Source: an uncultured Dehalococcoidales bacterium (GTDB taxonomy: Bacteria > Chloroflexota > UBA6077 > FW602-bin22 > CADDYW01). From it: 62,887 bases of DNA. Every line of letters begins with the position of its first letter. Position 1 is the stretch's first letter. The notes below the pieces were generated by a model. The model had not been told where the DNA came from. It made no database searches and saw nothing but the letters and a program-made list of their open reading frames with translations. The DNA lies in NCBI GenBank assembly GCA_964493975.1, contig CAZBQK010000002.1, positions 1 through 62,887 on the forward strand, in the 5' to 3' direction. Of this stretch, positions 1 to 8,760 are shown piece after piece. Position numbers and translations under genes: made by a program.

Positions 1-10
1 ACTTTGGTGG

Positions 11-106
11 GTCGCCCGCTTCAAGAAATCGCGCACTGCTCTTGTGCGATTTTCACTATGGTGTCGCCTGGTCGGTCGGTTGGGGCGCACGGCCGTGCGC
101 CCCTAC
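11..106. repeat. REP-like composite repeat, copy 1. Conserved 5' block gtcgcccgcttcaagaaatcgcgcactgctc and 3' palindrome ggggcgcacggccgtgcgcccc (82-103).
   Basis: Read directly. The 5' ~31 nt and 3' ~26 nt are near-identical to the copy at 115-195. Positions 82-103 are a perfect GC-rich palindrome. Confidence 0.6.
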
Positions 107-114
107 GCTGGCCC

Positions 115-195
115 GTCGCCGGCTTCACGAAATAGCGCACTGCTCCAGTCAGCGCTGGCATGAGCAGCGTTGGGCGCGCGGCCCTGCGCCCCTAC
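115..195. repeat. REP-like composite repeat, copy 2 (gtcgccggcttcacgaaatagcgcactgctc ... gggcgcgcggccctgcgcccc).
   Basis: Tandem to copy 1 with the same flanking blocks and a divergent middle. The ORF-track entry 160-462(+) lying over it is probably spurious. Confidence 0.6.
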
Positions 196-300
196 CGATT
201 CGGCGCGTGGGCTCGCCATAGTCGGACTCTAATCCGCCGCGTGATTGCCATAAGTCGTTTCCGCGAAACGTCTCTACCAAAGATTGAGAATCCCGGGCGC

Positions 301-2499
301 CTACGTCTTTGTCCCCACCATCGTGACGTTGTGCGACGGCGCGTAACTGCTCCGGAGGTACAGATCCCGAGAATTACCAGCCGCGTCGATGACCGACCGG
401 TGGACGACGGCCAGGAAGCCGTCCTCGGCAGCCTCGGTGACGATCATTCTCCCCTTAGGTAGGGTTGGATCTGGCTGCAACATCGGCTTGGGATCGGTCT
501 TGACGAGATTGCTGATGACCGGTGGGTCGACTTTAACCGTCCATTGGGGCGGGACTCCGTAGATGGCGAAGTGTACGTTTGAGCCATCCGTGGACGACTG
601 AATCAGAATCGGACTATTGGTGTCGTTTTTGAACCGAAAATCGAGTCCAGCTTCCTCGTCGACGGTTGTATCGAGTCCAACGTCGCCATGCGACATGTAG
701 TGAGCGATCCAGTAGGCGTGAGAGTAGCGTTCCTCGATCGTGTACCCCGTCCAGAATACTGGCTGGAACAGTGTGGTGGCGACCTGACAGATTCCTCCAG
801 CCACCGATGGCACGGTCTTGACCGCGTCACCCTGCGCCTGGATCCCGTACCCCACTTGAAACCCGCGATCGAGGGTCGTCGGGCCCATTTCATGGTTGAA
901 CGAGAATACTTCGCCCGGGCCAATCACGACACCGTTCAACAATGAGGTTGCTAACTCGACATTATGTCGTCTTGGTGGAATCGAAAAACCATAGGGCGTC
1001 GCATTGTCGGCGATCAAACCAAGCGACGCGACGGCATCTGCGTCCTGCGACGACACGGCAGGCGCGACCGTCTGGGCCGCGAGAGGCACGGTTCGATCCG
1101 AGCCCGTAGCACCGTCGACGATCCGGGCGACGGTGTCCGATTGGGTAACGGTAACCCCCGCCGCGGAGTCCCGAATAACCTGGACCCCTCCGCTTGCATT
1201 GCGCTGAAATCGAGCGTTGAATGGCTGGTGGTCGACCTCTTTAGCGAGTTTTGCGACGAACGGGGCAACCTTTGCCGGATCCAGCCGTGGTAGATCGCCT
1301 CCCTTGATCGCGGCCGGATCTGGAACAACAATCATTTGGCGGAGTGTGGCCGACGAGAGCTTCCACGCGCCTGAATCGGGCGCGCGGATGACAAGATCCG
1401 AGCCAACAATTGTGTTTGCGCGAGCTAGGGCGGCCTGGAGGTCCCCGTCCTGGATATTTGGCGGCGTTTCGTCGACAACCGGGGCGATGGAGCGCTGATC
1501 CGCGAACAGCGTCGCTCCCAAACGAGCGATCGTGGCGCTTCGCTCGAGCTGTCGCGCCGTTTGGCTCGGGTGAAGGACGAAGCGATCCCCTTCGAGCGAT
1601 AGGGAGGCGTCTCGGGGCGGGCGGTCGATGTCCGCACCAATTCGATCCACGAGTTGACTGAGCAGCCGCGGATCGATTTGCAAGGAAGTCGAATTGTCGT
1701 TCGGCGGCGATCCCGGCAAAATCAGCGCGCTTTGGATCTCGTCGACGCCCAGGATCCAGCTTTGTCCAGCGTAGGTTAGTTGAACTGGCCCGCTCAGAAG
1801 CCGCTGCCCCTGTTGCCGGGCTGGCTCAAGATTGTCCGCTCGGACCCGTGGCGTCAGGGTCAATATTGGTACCTTGATCACGGCCGTCGATTCGGCGACC
1901 AAAGCCGCCGTCATCAAACGCTGAGCGGCCGCCCGATCCAGCTGAGACCCGTCGTGGTCCTTCGAGACCTCAGGCCGGCGATTGGACTCGATGGTGAGCT
2001 TCGCGTCGACCGCGGGGCGGTCGATTGACGCGGCAACGGGATCGAGAACTGATTTCCAGTCGGCATCGTCAACCAATAAGGTGACGCTTATATCGCGATG
2101 TGACATCCGAAGAACCGGCGCCCCCAACAGGTCGGACATGACCGATCCCGAGCGGCCGGTGGAATAAGCGACATCGACGACGTGATCGACGTCGTAATGA
2201 GCCCCAAGGGACGCGCGCGGCACGTGCCATTGGCGGTCGCCGATCTGAAGGGTAAGTGGCGCATCGCTGAGCAATCGCAGGCGCGATGAAAGGAGGTCGC
2301 GAGCTTCTGGTCGAGTCATTCCGCCGAGATCGATTCCTCGTGCCGTGACCCCAGGGAAAATCCGGTCGGCGTAGACGACGCGGTAGCCAATGAGATAGCA
2401 GGCTGCCAGGAGGACTGTGATTCCCACCGCGAGCCAAACCGGACGTAATCGGGCCAGAAACAATCCGCCGCGCATTCGGGCCAGAGGACTCGCGCTCAT
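301..2499 (-). CDS. VanW family protein: N-terminal membrane anchor, repeated PG-binding-like modules, C-terminal VanW domain.
   Basis: 732-aa ORF with an ATG start. N-terminal TM segment (WLAVGITVLLAACYLIGY). The C-terminal stretch GGICQVATTLFQPVFWTGYTIEERYSHAYWIAHY is typical of the VanW domain. Confidence 0.8.
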   Translation of the reverse strand: MSASPLARMRGGLFLARLRPVWLAVGITVLLAACYLIGYRVVYADRIFPGVTARGIDLGGMTRPEARDLLSSRLRLLSDAPLTLQIGDRQWHVPRASLGAHYDVDHVVDVAYSTGRSGSVMSDLLGAPVLRMSHRDISVTLLVDDADWKSVLDPVAASIDRPAVDAKLTIESNRRPEVSKDHDGSQLDRAAAQRLMTAALVAESTAVIKVPILTLTPRVRADNLEPARQQGQRLLSGPVQLTYAGQSWILGVDEIQSALILPGSPPNDNSTSLQIDPRLLSQLVDRIGADIDRPPRDASLSLEGDRFVLHPSQTARQLERSATIARLGATLFADQRSIAPVVDETPPNIQDGDLQAALARANTIVGSDLVIRAPDSGAWKLSSATLRQMIVVPDPAAIKGGDLPRLDPAKVAPFVAKLAKEVDHQPFNARFQRNASGGVQVIRDSAAGVTVTQSDTVARIVDGATGSDRTVPLAAQTVAPAVSSQDADAVASLGLIADNATPYGFSIPPRRHNVELATSLLNGVVIGPGEVFSFNHEMGPTTLDRGFQVGYGIQAQGDAVKTVPSVAGGICQVATTLFQPVFWTGYTIEERYSHAYWIAHYMSHGDVGLDTTVDEEAGLDFRFKNDTNSPILIQSSTDGSNVHFAIYGVPPQWTVKVDPPVISNLVKTDPKPMLQPDPTLPKGRMIVTEAAEDGFLAVVHRSVIDAAGNSRDLYLRSSYAPSHNVTMVGTKT

Positions 2500-2523
2500 C
2501 CGCCACCGCCGTCGATAACTAAC

Positions 2524-2547
2524 AACGGGCGCCGACAGGCGCCCGTT
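2524..2547 (-). terminator. Hairpin aacgggcgcc-gaca-ggcgcccgtt (perfect 10-bp stem), candidate terminator after the BNR-repeat gene.
   Basis: Read in the 89-nt gap between the two minus-strand genes. On the minus strand it is followed by guuaguuau, which is only partly U-rich. Confidence 0.5.
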
Positions 2548-2588
2548 AGAACCTTACCAGGCCGAGGTCGCGAGGTCGCTTCTAGAGT

Positions 2589-4577
2589 CTACCGGTCGAC
2601 GAAGCGCCAGAGATCCCCGCCCAGTGACATCGCGAAAACTTGCCGGTCCGACGCATAATTTGGTGAAATCGCGACCGCGACGGTCGATTTCTGCTTCAGC
2701 CCGCCCTCGACCGGCCGCCAGCTCAAGCCACCAGTTGCCGACTTATAGATGCCATGACTTGTCGCCGCGAATAGCGTCCGATCGTCGCCATAGGCGGGTG
2801 ACACCGCGAGCGCCACGACCGAGCCGGAGACCGGGGTGACTGCCTCGGCTTTCCAGATTCGGCGACGCGAGAAGCCTTCAGCCGAAACGCTGGGCTGCAT
2901 TGGCCGGAGTACCGCGTTGTGAATGCCCGCGAAAAACATTCCAGTCCCAGCGAAGGTTGCCGGCAGACCAAACGCGACCCAGCGATTGTTTGTACGGTAC
3001 GTCGTCTGACAAACGAGGTTATCGCCTGCGTCGTCGCCTCGCCACACGCCCGCCGTTCCACCGCCATCACGCGGGTCGACTGAAAATGTGCCAACCAGCA
3101 GCACTCGGTCTTCGGCGTAACCCGGAACGCAGGATAGCGCGACGATTTCTTCGTTATCCAGTTGCTTCTTCAGCGGCTGCCACGTCGTTCCACCGTCAGT
3201 CGAACGAAGAATTCGATTGTCGCTCGTCGTGACGAAGATCGTACGTTCGGCCGCGCTCGCGGGCGATACGGCAACCGCTCGGATATCCACGCCTTCTAGC
3301 TCGCCCGATATCGACGCCCAGGAATCGCCGCGATTGGAACTCCGGTAGAGTCCCTGACCGCACGCCGCGTATAACGTTTCATCCGAATCGTACCCTGGGG
3401 AGAGGGCGAGCGCCGGGACTTGTAGGGTAGGCAATCCCTCGTTGACGGCTTCCCACGACGCCCCACCGTCCTGGGAGCGCTCGACACCCTGGTCCAAGCT
3501 GGCCGTATACATCGTGTGGTCGTCAGCGAAGCCTGGTGATACCCAGAGTCCAACGACAAGACGGCCGGAGAGCCCGGCGTTCACTGTCCCCCACGTCGTG
3601 CCGCCGTCAATCGACCGGGCGATGCCTCCCATTGCCTGGCCAGCCAGAATCGTCGCCCCGTCGAGGCTGGATCCGGTCATTGCCAGGGTTAAAGCGGAGA
3701 TTTGCGTCACCTTTTCCCAGGTGGAACCACCATCGGTCGAACGGTGAACGCCATCACTCGTGGCTGTTAGAACGGTTCGATCTTTGGCGTAATTCGCCGA
3801 CACGACGATCCAGTTAACGCTAAGATCACTCAACCCCTCGTTGACCTGGGTCCAAGACGACCCACCGTTCGTGGAGCGGAAGAGGCCGTCGCCTTCGGTT
3901 CCGGCAAAAATGGTCTTGTCGACTCCGAAGGAAGGCGTCATTGCCAGAGATTGGACCGCGTAATCTTCGTCGCCAAGGTCCACCGCACGCCACGCCCGTC
4001 CAGCATTCGGACTGCGATAAACGCCCGACCCGGTCGCGACAAAAATGGTCTGATCCTCGGCAAAGTTCGGAGATACGGTGAGAGCCAGCACCGACATGTC
4101 GAGAAGGCCAAAATTACTGGGGTTCCAAGTTCGTCCCCGGTTCGTCGAGCGAAGAACTCCTGCGCCCTCGGTTCCGGCCAGAGCCAGTCCGTCGGCCTCG
4201 AACGCTGGCGACAGCACGATCGCCGTGACCGAGGATCCCTGACTCCAGAACTCAACTGGAAACCACGATTCACCGGCGTCAGTCGACCGAAATAGCCCGC
4301 CTTGACGGGTTCCCACTAGAACGGTTCGGTCCTGTTCGAATTTCGGCGATATCGCGATGGCGTCGACAAATGGACTATTCAACCCACTTCCCGACGGTTC
4401 CCAGGTGTCGCCACCATCAGTCGATCGATACAATCCAGCCAGCGTTCCCGCGAACGCCGTTCGGTCCTTTCCAAATCGCGGCGAAACCGCGACGACCGAA
4501 ACCGTCCCGCCCGTGCGCGGCCCAATCAGCTCCCAACTGACCGCGCTGGAGGTCGACGGCTTGTCCATCGTTTCCAT
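2589..4577 (-). CDS. BNR/Asp-box repeat beta-propeller protein (Ycf48/sialidase-like fold).
   Basis: 662 aa with about 11 SxDxGxTW-type boxes: STDGGDTW, STDAGESW, STNRGRTW, STNGGSSW, STDGGSTW, SIDGGTTW, SQDGGASW, STDGGTTW and others. Confidence 0.8.
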   Translation of the reverse strand: METMDKPSTSSAVSWELIGPRTGGTVSVVAVSPRFGKDRTAFAGTLAGLYRSTDGGDTWEPSGSGLNSPFVDAIAISPKFEQDRTVLVGTRQGGLFRSTDAGESWFPVEFWSQGSSVTAIVLSPAFEADGLALAGTEGAGVLRSTNRGRTWNPSNFGLLDMSVLALTVSPNFAEDQTIFVATGSGVYRSPNAGRAWRAVDLGDEDYAVQSLAMTPSFGVDKTIFAGTEGDGLFRSTNGGSSWTQVNEGLSDLSVNWIVVSANYAKDRTVLTATSDGVHRSTDGGSTWEKVTQISALTLAMTGSSLDGATILAGQAMGGIARSIDGGTTWGTVNAGLSGRLVVGLWVSPGFADDHTMYTASLDQGVERSQDGGASWEAVNEGLPTLQVPALALSPGYDSDETLYAACGQGLYRSSNRGDSWASISGELEGVDIRAVAVSPASAAERTIFVTTSDNRILRSTDGGTTWQPLKKQLDNEEIVALSCVPGYAEDRVLLVGTFSVDPRDGGGTAGVWRGDDAGDNLVCQTTYRTNNRWVAFGLPATFAGTGMFFAGIHNAVLRPMQPSVSAEGFSRRRIWKAEAVTPVSGSVVALAVSPAYGDDRTLFAATSHGIYKSATGGLSWRPVEGGLKQKSTVAVAISPNYASDRQVFAMSLGGDLWRFVDR

Positions 4578-4633
4578 TTATCACCCGGGTACCAGAGTTT
4601 CTCGGAGTAGTGTAGAGGAACCCCAAAATGTTG

Positions 4634-5167
4634 TCAACGAACGAGGAGGGAGGGCGCTCCTTTGGCCAGCCGAACTCCGGCCTGATCCGGGCCGAGCGCC
4701 GCGATCAGAGCGTCGATTGTTTGACCCGATAACGTTCGGAAATCAGGTGACACCTCCCGTAACGGCACGAGAACGAATGCGCGTTCCTCCATTGCCGGAT
4801 GAGGTGAGATTAATCCTCGACGGTTGATCGGTTCATCGCCATAACGCAGTATGTCGAGATCGATCTCGCGCGGGCCCCAGCGGAATGTTCGGGTTCTCCC
4901 TATTTCGGCTTCAATGGCTTGGAGGCAAACGAGGAGCTGAACCGGGCCAAGAGCGGTTCGGGCGTGAAGAACGGCGTTGAGGAAGATGGGCTGATCGACA
5001 AATCCCCAGGGATCGGATTCGTAGATCGACGATGTTTTCAGGATCTCGACGTTGCCGATTCGCGCAAGGTATCGGACGGCCGACTGGAGCGAGCCGATCC
5101 GGTCGCCGAGATTGCTACCTAGACCGATCCAGCAATCGACAAGGGGGGCAGTCGAAAGGTCGGTCAC
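4634..5167 (-). CDS. folK: 2-amino-4-hydroxy-6-hydroxymethyldihydropteridine diphosphokinase (HPPK).
   Basis: Motifs IGLGSNLGDR, SSIYESDPWG and GPREIDLDIL. The GTG start overlaps the folP stop (GTGA). Confidence 0.9.
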   Translation of the reverse strand: MTDLSTAPLVDCWIGLGSNLGDRIGSLQSAVRYLARIGNVEILKTSSIYESDPWGFVDQPIFLNAVLHARTALGPVQLLVCLQAIEAEIGRTRTFRWGPREIDLDILRYGDEPINRRGLISPHPAMEERAFVLVPLREVSPDFRTLSGQTIDALIAALGPDQAGVRLAKGAPSLLVR

Positions 5168-6045
5168 GGACTGGAAACGAGGTTTGATCTCAAAATCGCA
5201 TCCGCCACCTTCGCGACCCTCACCGAGGCACGGACGTCGTGGACGCGAACGATGTCGACCCCGTTGCCGATGGCGATGGGCAGCGTGGCGAGACTCCCTT
5301 CGAGTCGGTCTTCGACGGGGAGGCCCAGGATGTGACCGATGGTGCTCTTTCGCGACGTCCCAATCAATAAGGGCTGCCCAAGCTCACGAAACTCTCCCAG
5401 CCGGCGAAGGATCGTGAGATTATCGGCGAGGCTCTTCCCGAAACCAAATCCAGGGTCCAGAACGATCTGATCCAAGCCAACGCCGGCCCGCACCGCGAGG
5501 TGGAGCGACCGGTCGAGAAATTGTCGAACGTCGCCGACGACGTCGTCATACGCCGCGGGCCAGCGCACCGCCCAAGATTCGCCCGGAGAGTGCGTGACGA
5601 TGAGTCCGGCGTTGAATCCAGCCACGACCTCGGCAAGAGCAGGGTCGCGTTGGAGCCCGGTGACGTCGTTGACCAGATGGGCTCCCGCGTCCAGAGCGGC
5701 CTCGGCCACCTTCGCCCGCCGGGTATCCACCGAGATTGGTATCGAGACTCGCGCCGCGAGGGCGTGAATCACGGGGACAACCCGGTCGATCTCGACGGCC
5801 TCTTCGACAGCGCTAGCCCCGGGACGCGTGCTTTCGCCGCCGACGTCGAGAACGTCCGCGCCGTCGGCCACCATCCTCATTGCCAGCTCGACCGCCAGGT
5901 CGACGCGACCGGCCAGACCGTCGCCAGAAAAGGAATCGGGTGTCGCGTTTAGAATCCCCATCACGAGGGTGCGCGACCCGAAGGCAATTCGCAGATCGCG
6001 GAACCGCAGCTGCCCCGAACGGGGCAGCGGGTTGAATGGTGTCAC
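5164..6045 (-). CDS. folP: Dihydropteroate synthase.
   Basis: GILNATPDSFSGDG, DVGGESTRPG and GFGFGK motifs over a full-length 293-aa ORF. The GTG start position is uncertain. Confidence 0.92.
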   Translation of the reverse strand: MTPFNPLPRSGQLRFRDLRIAFGSRTLVMGILNATPDSFSGDGLAGRVDLAVELAMRMVADGADVLDVGGESTRPGASAVEEAVEIDRVVPVIHALAARVSIPISVDTRRAKVAEAALDAGAHLVNDVTGLQRDPALAEVVAGFNAGLIVTHSPGESWAVRWPAAYDDVVGDVRQFLDRSLHLAVRAGVGLDQIVLDPGFGFGKSLADNLTILRRLGEFRELGQPLLIGTSRKSTIGHILGLPVEDRLEGSLATLPIAIGNGVDIVRVHDVRASVRVAKVADAILRSNLVSSP

Positions 6046-6051
6046 GGAGGG

Positions 6052-7257
6052 CTATCCAGGACTGGTGATGTACGTGTGGACCCAATCGGTCTTTGAGCTT
6101 CCGGGCCCGTAGCTGACCTTTTGCGGATCGTTCTGCACCTTGCCCAGCCACGACTGATATCCGGCCTGACGAAGCTGATCGATGCGGGTCGGATCGAGTG
6201 CTCGGTTCGGATCGCTTTCGAGGACCTGAATCAGATGGTAACCAAACGACGTCTTAACCGGCTGAGAGATCTCGCCGGGCTTCAGGGCAAACGCCGCTTG
6301 TTCAAACTCGGGGACCATCTGTCCTTTGCCGAACCAGCCAAGATCGCCACCCTTGTCCTTGTTGCTCGTATCGGTGGAGTACTGCGCGGCCAGCGCCGCG
6401 AAATCCCCGCCACTATCCAGCTGCTTGCGGATAGTCAGAGCTTCTTGCTCGGTTGCTACGAGGATGTGACGGGCGTGAATTTGGGCTTGGGTCGTTTGAA
6501 CCGGGCCGGTGGACAACGCCGAAACCAGCCTGGCCTTGAGCACGGCCGGCTTGACGATTTGTTCGTTGATCTGGTCGAGGGTAAGAAAGCGATTGTTGGC
6601 GGCTATTTGGGTAAGGTCTTTTTGAGCGTCGTCCGTCGATACCAAGCCGGTGGTTGGCAGCTTATCGGGTAGTGCTTGCAAGCCTGATCCAGGAGAGCTC
6701 GCCGCATCGGGTGGGCTTAACAGCCAACGTTGGGCATCGCTCAATTCGGACGGACTGACGGTCAATCCTCGAGTTTTACCTTCGTCGATCACGAGCTTCG
6801 ACTCGATAAAATCAGTCAAACCATTTGTCGACAAACCGGCCTGCTGCGCCTGGAGAGACTGAAGGGTTGACTGGGCCTTTTGTTGCTCCGGCGTTAGTTT
6901 CGCGTCGGGCGCGGTCCCAGGCGGCGGCGCGAGCGGCTGAGTTCGGGTGATTTGCCTGGCTAAGATACCCTGCATGGCCCCGGCGTAGCGAGCGTACTGC
7001 TCGAGTGTGTACGACTGGCCGTTGATCACCGCGACCGGCGTGTCGCCGACTCGGATCACCTCGCGGTAGTACCCGTAGGCTGGGATCGCAATGGCGATAA
7101 GGACGATCAGAATCCCCCCGGCCAGAATCGCGAGTCGGGTTCGCCGCTCGCGCTCGAGGCGGGTCAGGTGTCGACGCGAAGGTGCCCGGACCTGCCGCGC
7201 GGCCGACGCCTGCGCGTGCCGGACACTTCGTTTCGTGCGGACCGAACGAGAATCCAC
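6052..7257 (-). CDS. Membrane-anchored peptidyl-prolyl cis-trans isomerase (parvulin/PpiC type, SurA/PrsA-like).
   Basis: Basic N-terminus plus a TM segment (LAILAGGILIVLIAIAIPA). C-terminal rotamase domain: ARHILV...DLGWFGKGQMVPEFEQAAF...FGYHLIQV. Confidence 0.8.
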   Translation of the reverse strand: MDSRSVRTKRSVRHAQASAARQVRAPSRRHLTRLERERRTRLAILAGGILIVLIAIAIPAYGYYREVIRVGDTPVAVINGQSYTLEQYARYAGAMQGILARQITRTQPLAPPPGTAPDAKLTPEQQKAQSTLQSLQAQQAGLSTNGLTDFIESKLVIDEGKTRGLTVSPSELSDAQRWLLSPPDAASSPGSGLQALPDKLPTTGLVSTDDAQKDLTQIAANNRFLTLDQINEQIVKPAVLKARLVSALSTGPVQTTQAQIHARHILVATEQEALTIRKQLDSGGDFAALAAQYSTDTSNKDKGGDLGWFGKGQMVPEFEQAAFALKPGEISQPVKTSFGYHLIQVLESDPNRALDPTRIDQLRQAGYQSWLGKVQNDPQKVSYGPGSSKTDWVHTYITSPG

Positions 7258-7296
7258 GGTTACATCATCCCAACGCGTCGACTTATTTGGGCAACG

Positions 7297-7755
7297 CTAC
7301 TCGCTTTCGGGAGTACCGTCTGCTGGCGCAGGCGAAACTGGTGCGGCCTGCACTGGTGGTTGGGCCGGATGCGGGAACTGCGGCGGCGGCATGGGAAGGA
7401 AAGGCCCTGGTTGGAACCAGCCACCAAGCTCCTGGATGTGCCTTGCCGCGATCGGCAGCAAAGCTACCTGACGCGCCCGCTTGATCGCCTGCGATACCTT
7501 ACGCTGGTGCTTCGCGCAAGTGCCGGTCTTGCGACGCGGCTCGATCTTTCCACGTTCGGAAATGTAACGACGCAAACGAATGACGTCCTTATAGTCGACC
7601 TCTTTAATCTTGTCGACACAGAACTGACATACCTTACGTCGAGGGGTGTACCGACCACGACCACGTCCGCGTGGCGGTCGGCCCCCGGGCCCTCCTGATG
7701 AGCCGCCCCCGTAGCTTGGGGGGCCGCCGGAGGAAGGAGCTGGATCAGATGCCAA
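7297..7755 (-). CDS. rpsR: 30S ribosomal protein S18 with Gly/Pro/Arg-rich N-terminal and Pro-rich C-terminal extensions.
   Basis: Core sequence [66 protein letters not shown] start at 7755 sits 5 nt after GGGAGGA. Last gene of the rpsF-ssb-rpsR operon. Confidence 0.9.
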   Translation of the reverse strand: MASDPAPSSGGPPSYGGGSSGGPGGRPPRGRGRGRYTPRRKVCQFCVDKIKEVDYKDVIRLRRYISERGKIEPRRKTGTCAKHQRKVSQAIKRARQVALLPIAARHIQELGGWFQPGPFLPMPPPQFPHPAQPPVQAAPVSPAPADGTPESE

Positions 7756-7793
7756 GATATCCTCCCAATGAATCTGTCGGAATTAACGTTGAA

Positions 7794-8201
7794 TCAAAAC
7801 GGCAAGTCGTCGGGCTCGACGTCCCCGCCAAAATCGTCCGTCGCGGCGCCGGGCTCGGCCGTTCGGGTTCGGTTTGAGTCAAGGAAAGTTACCGTGTTTG
7901 CAATGACTTCCGTACGGTACCGTTTCTGGCCATCCTGGCCTTCCCAAGAGCGCGTGCGCAAGCGCCCTTCGACGTAGACCGATCGGCCTTTCGCCAATGA
8001 CTGGCTGCAGAGTTCGGCAAGCTTATCCCACGTCTCCACGCTGAACCACTCGGTCTCTTCTTGTGGCCCATTTTGGCCGGTCCACCGCCGGTTGACGGCC
8101 ACTCGAAACGTCGTCACCGCTTTCCCGTTTGGCGTGTACCGCATCTCAGGGTCCGCGCCCAGGTTTCCGATGATCATTACTTTGTTTAGAGAGCCAGCCA
8201 T
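7794..8201 (-). CDS. ssb: Single-stranded DNA-binding protein.
   Basis: OB-fold N-terminus LNKVMIIGNLGADPEMRYTPNGKAV and the canonical acidic tail DDLPF. ATG 8201 is preceded by GGAGG at 9 nt. The ORF-track start at 8267 looks like an over-extension. Confidence 0.92.
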   Translation of the reverse strand: MAGSLNKVMIIGNLGADPEMRYTPNGKAVTTFRVAVNRRWTGQNGPQEETEWFSVETWDKLAELCSQSLAKGRSVYVEGRLRTRSWEGQDGQKRYRTEVIANTVTFLDSNRTRTAEPGAATDDFGGDVEPDDLPF

Positions 8202-8285
8202 CGCGTCGAGCCTCCGTTCGGGGTCACGGCCGCTCCCAATCGCCTTTGAGACGGCCATGCCCGGCACTACACGTTGAACGAGAAA

Positions 8286-8567
8286 CTACTTCCGAATGAC
8301 GAAGTGGCGGAGGACGTCATCGGACAGTTTGAGGTTTCGTTCGACTTCGCCCAGACCGTCCGGCCGACCGCGAAAACTCAGTACCACGTACGCGCCATCG
8401 CGGGAATGCTTGATCGAGTACGCTAAGCGTTTTCGGCCGGCATTGGTCACGTTCACGACCTCACCGCCCGCCGCGGAGATCCAGCTCCCGACGGTATCGG
8501 TTGTTCCGTGAATTCCCTCTTCGCCGAGATCAGGTTTCAGAATGAGGCAAAGATCATACTCTCGCAC
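8286..8567 (-). CDS. rpsF: 30S ribosomal protein S6.
   Basis: VREYDLCLILKPD... matches the S6 N-terminus. GTG 8567 sits 6 nt after AAGGAG. The ORF-track TTG start at 8672 adds an implausible Arg/Pro-rich 35 aa. Confidence 0.85.
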   Translation of the reverse strand: MREYDLCLILKPDLGEEGIHGTTDTVGSWISAAGGEVVNVTNAGRKRLAYSIKHSRDGAYVVLSFRGRPDGLGEVERNLKLSDDVLRHFVIRK

Positions 8568-8742
8568 CAGGGGCTCCTTTCCATGGGATTGGCCCGGTCG
8601 GCTCGGGGGCGGGCGCAAACGCCTCCGTAACCGCGCGAACCAGAAAGGACGCGTCGCAAATCGTTCTTTCAAACGCGGCGCAACGCGAACAATTCATTTT
8701 GTGAAACGGGCAATTAGCGCCCACTTCGACAACTTAGCCTCA

Positions 8743-8751
8743 ATTATAGCA
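8743..8751 (-). promoter_or_regulatory. Extended -10 promoter element TGcTATAAT upstream of rpsF.
   Basis: The minus strand reads gtgTGcTATAATtgagg immediately after the stop of the upstream giant gene. It would give a ~170-nt rpsF leader. Confidence 0.5.
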
Positions 8752-8760
8752 CACGTGGCC

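Noticed and set aside
160-462. 100-aa plus-strand ORF at the window start.
   Set aside because: It starts inside the REP-like tandem repeat and runs antisense into the VanW gene. It has no SD and a low-complexity composition.
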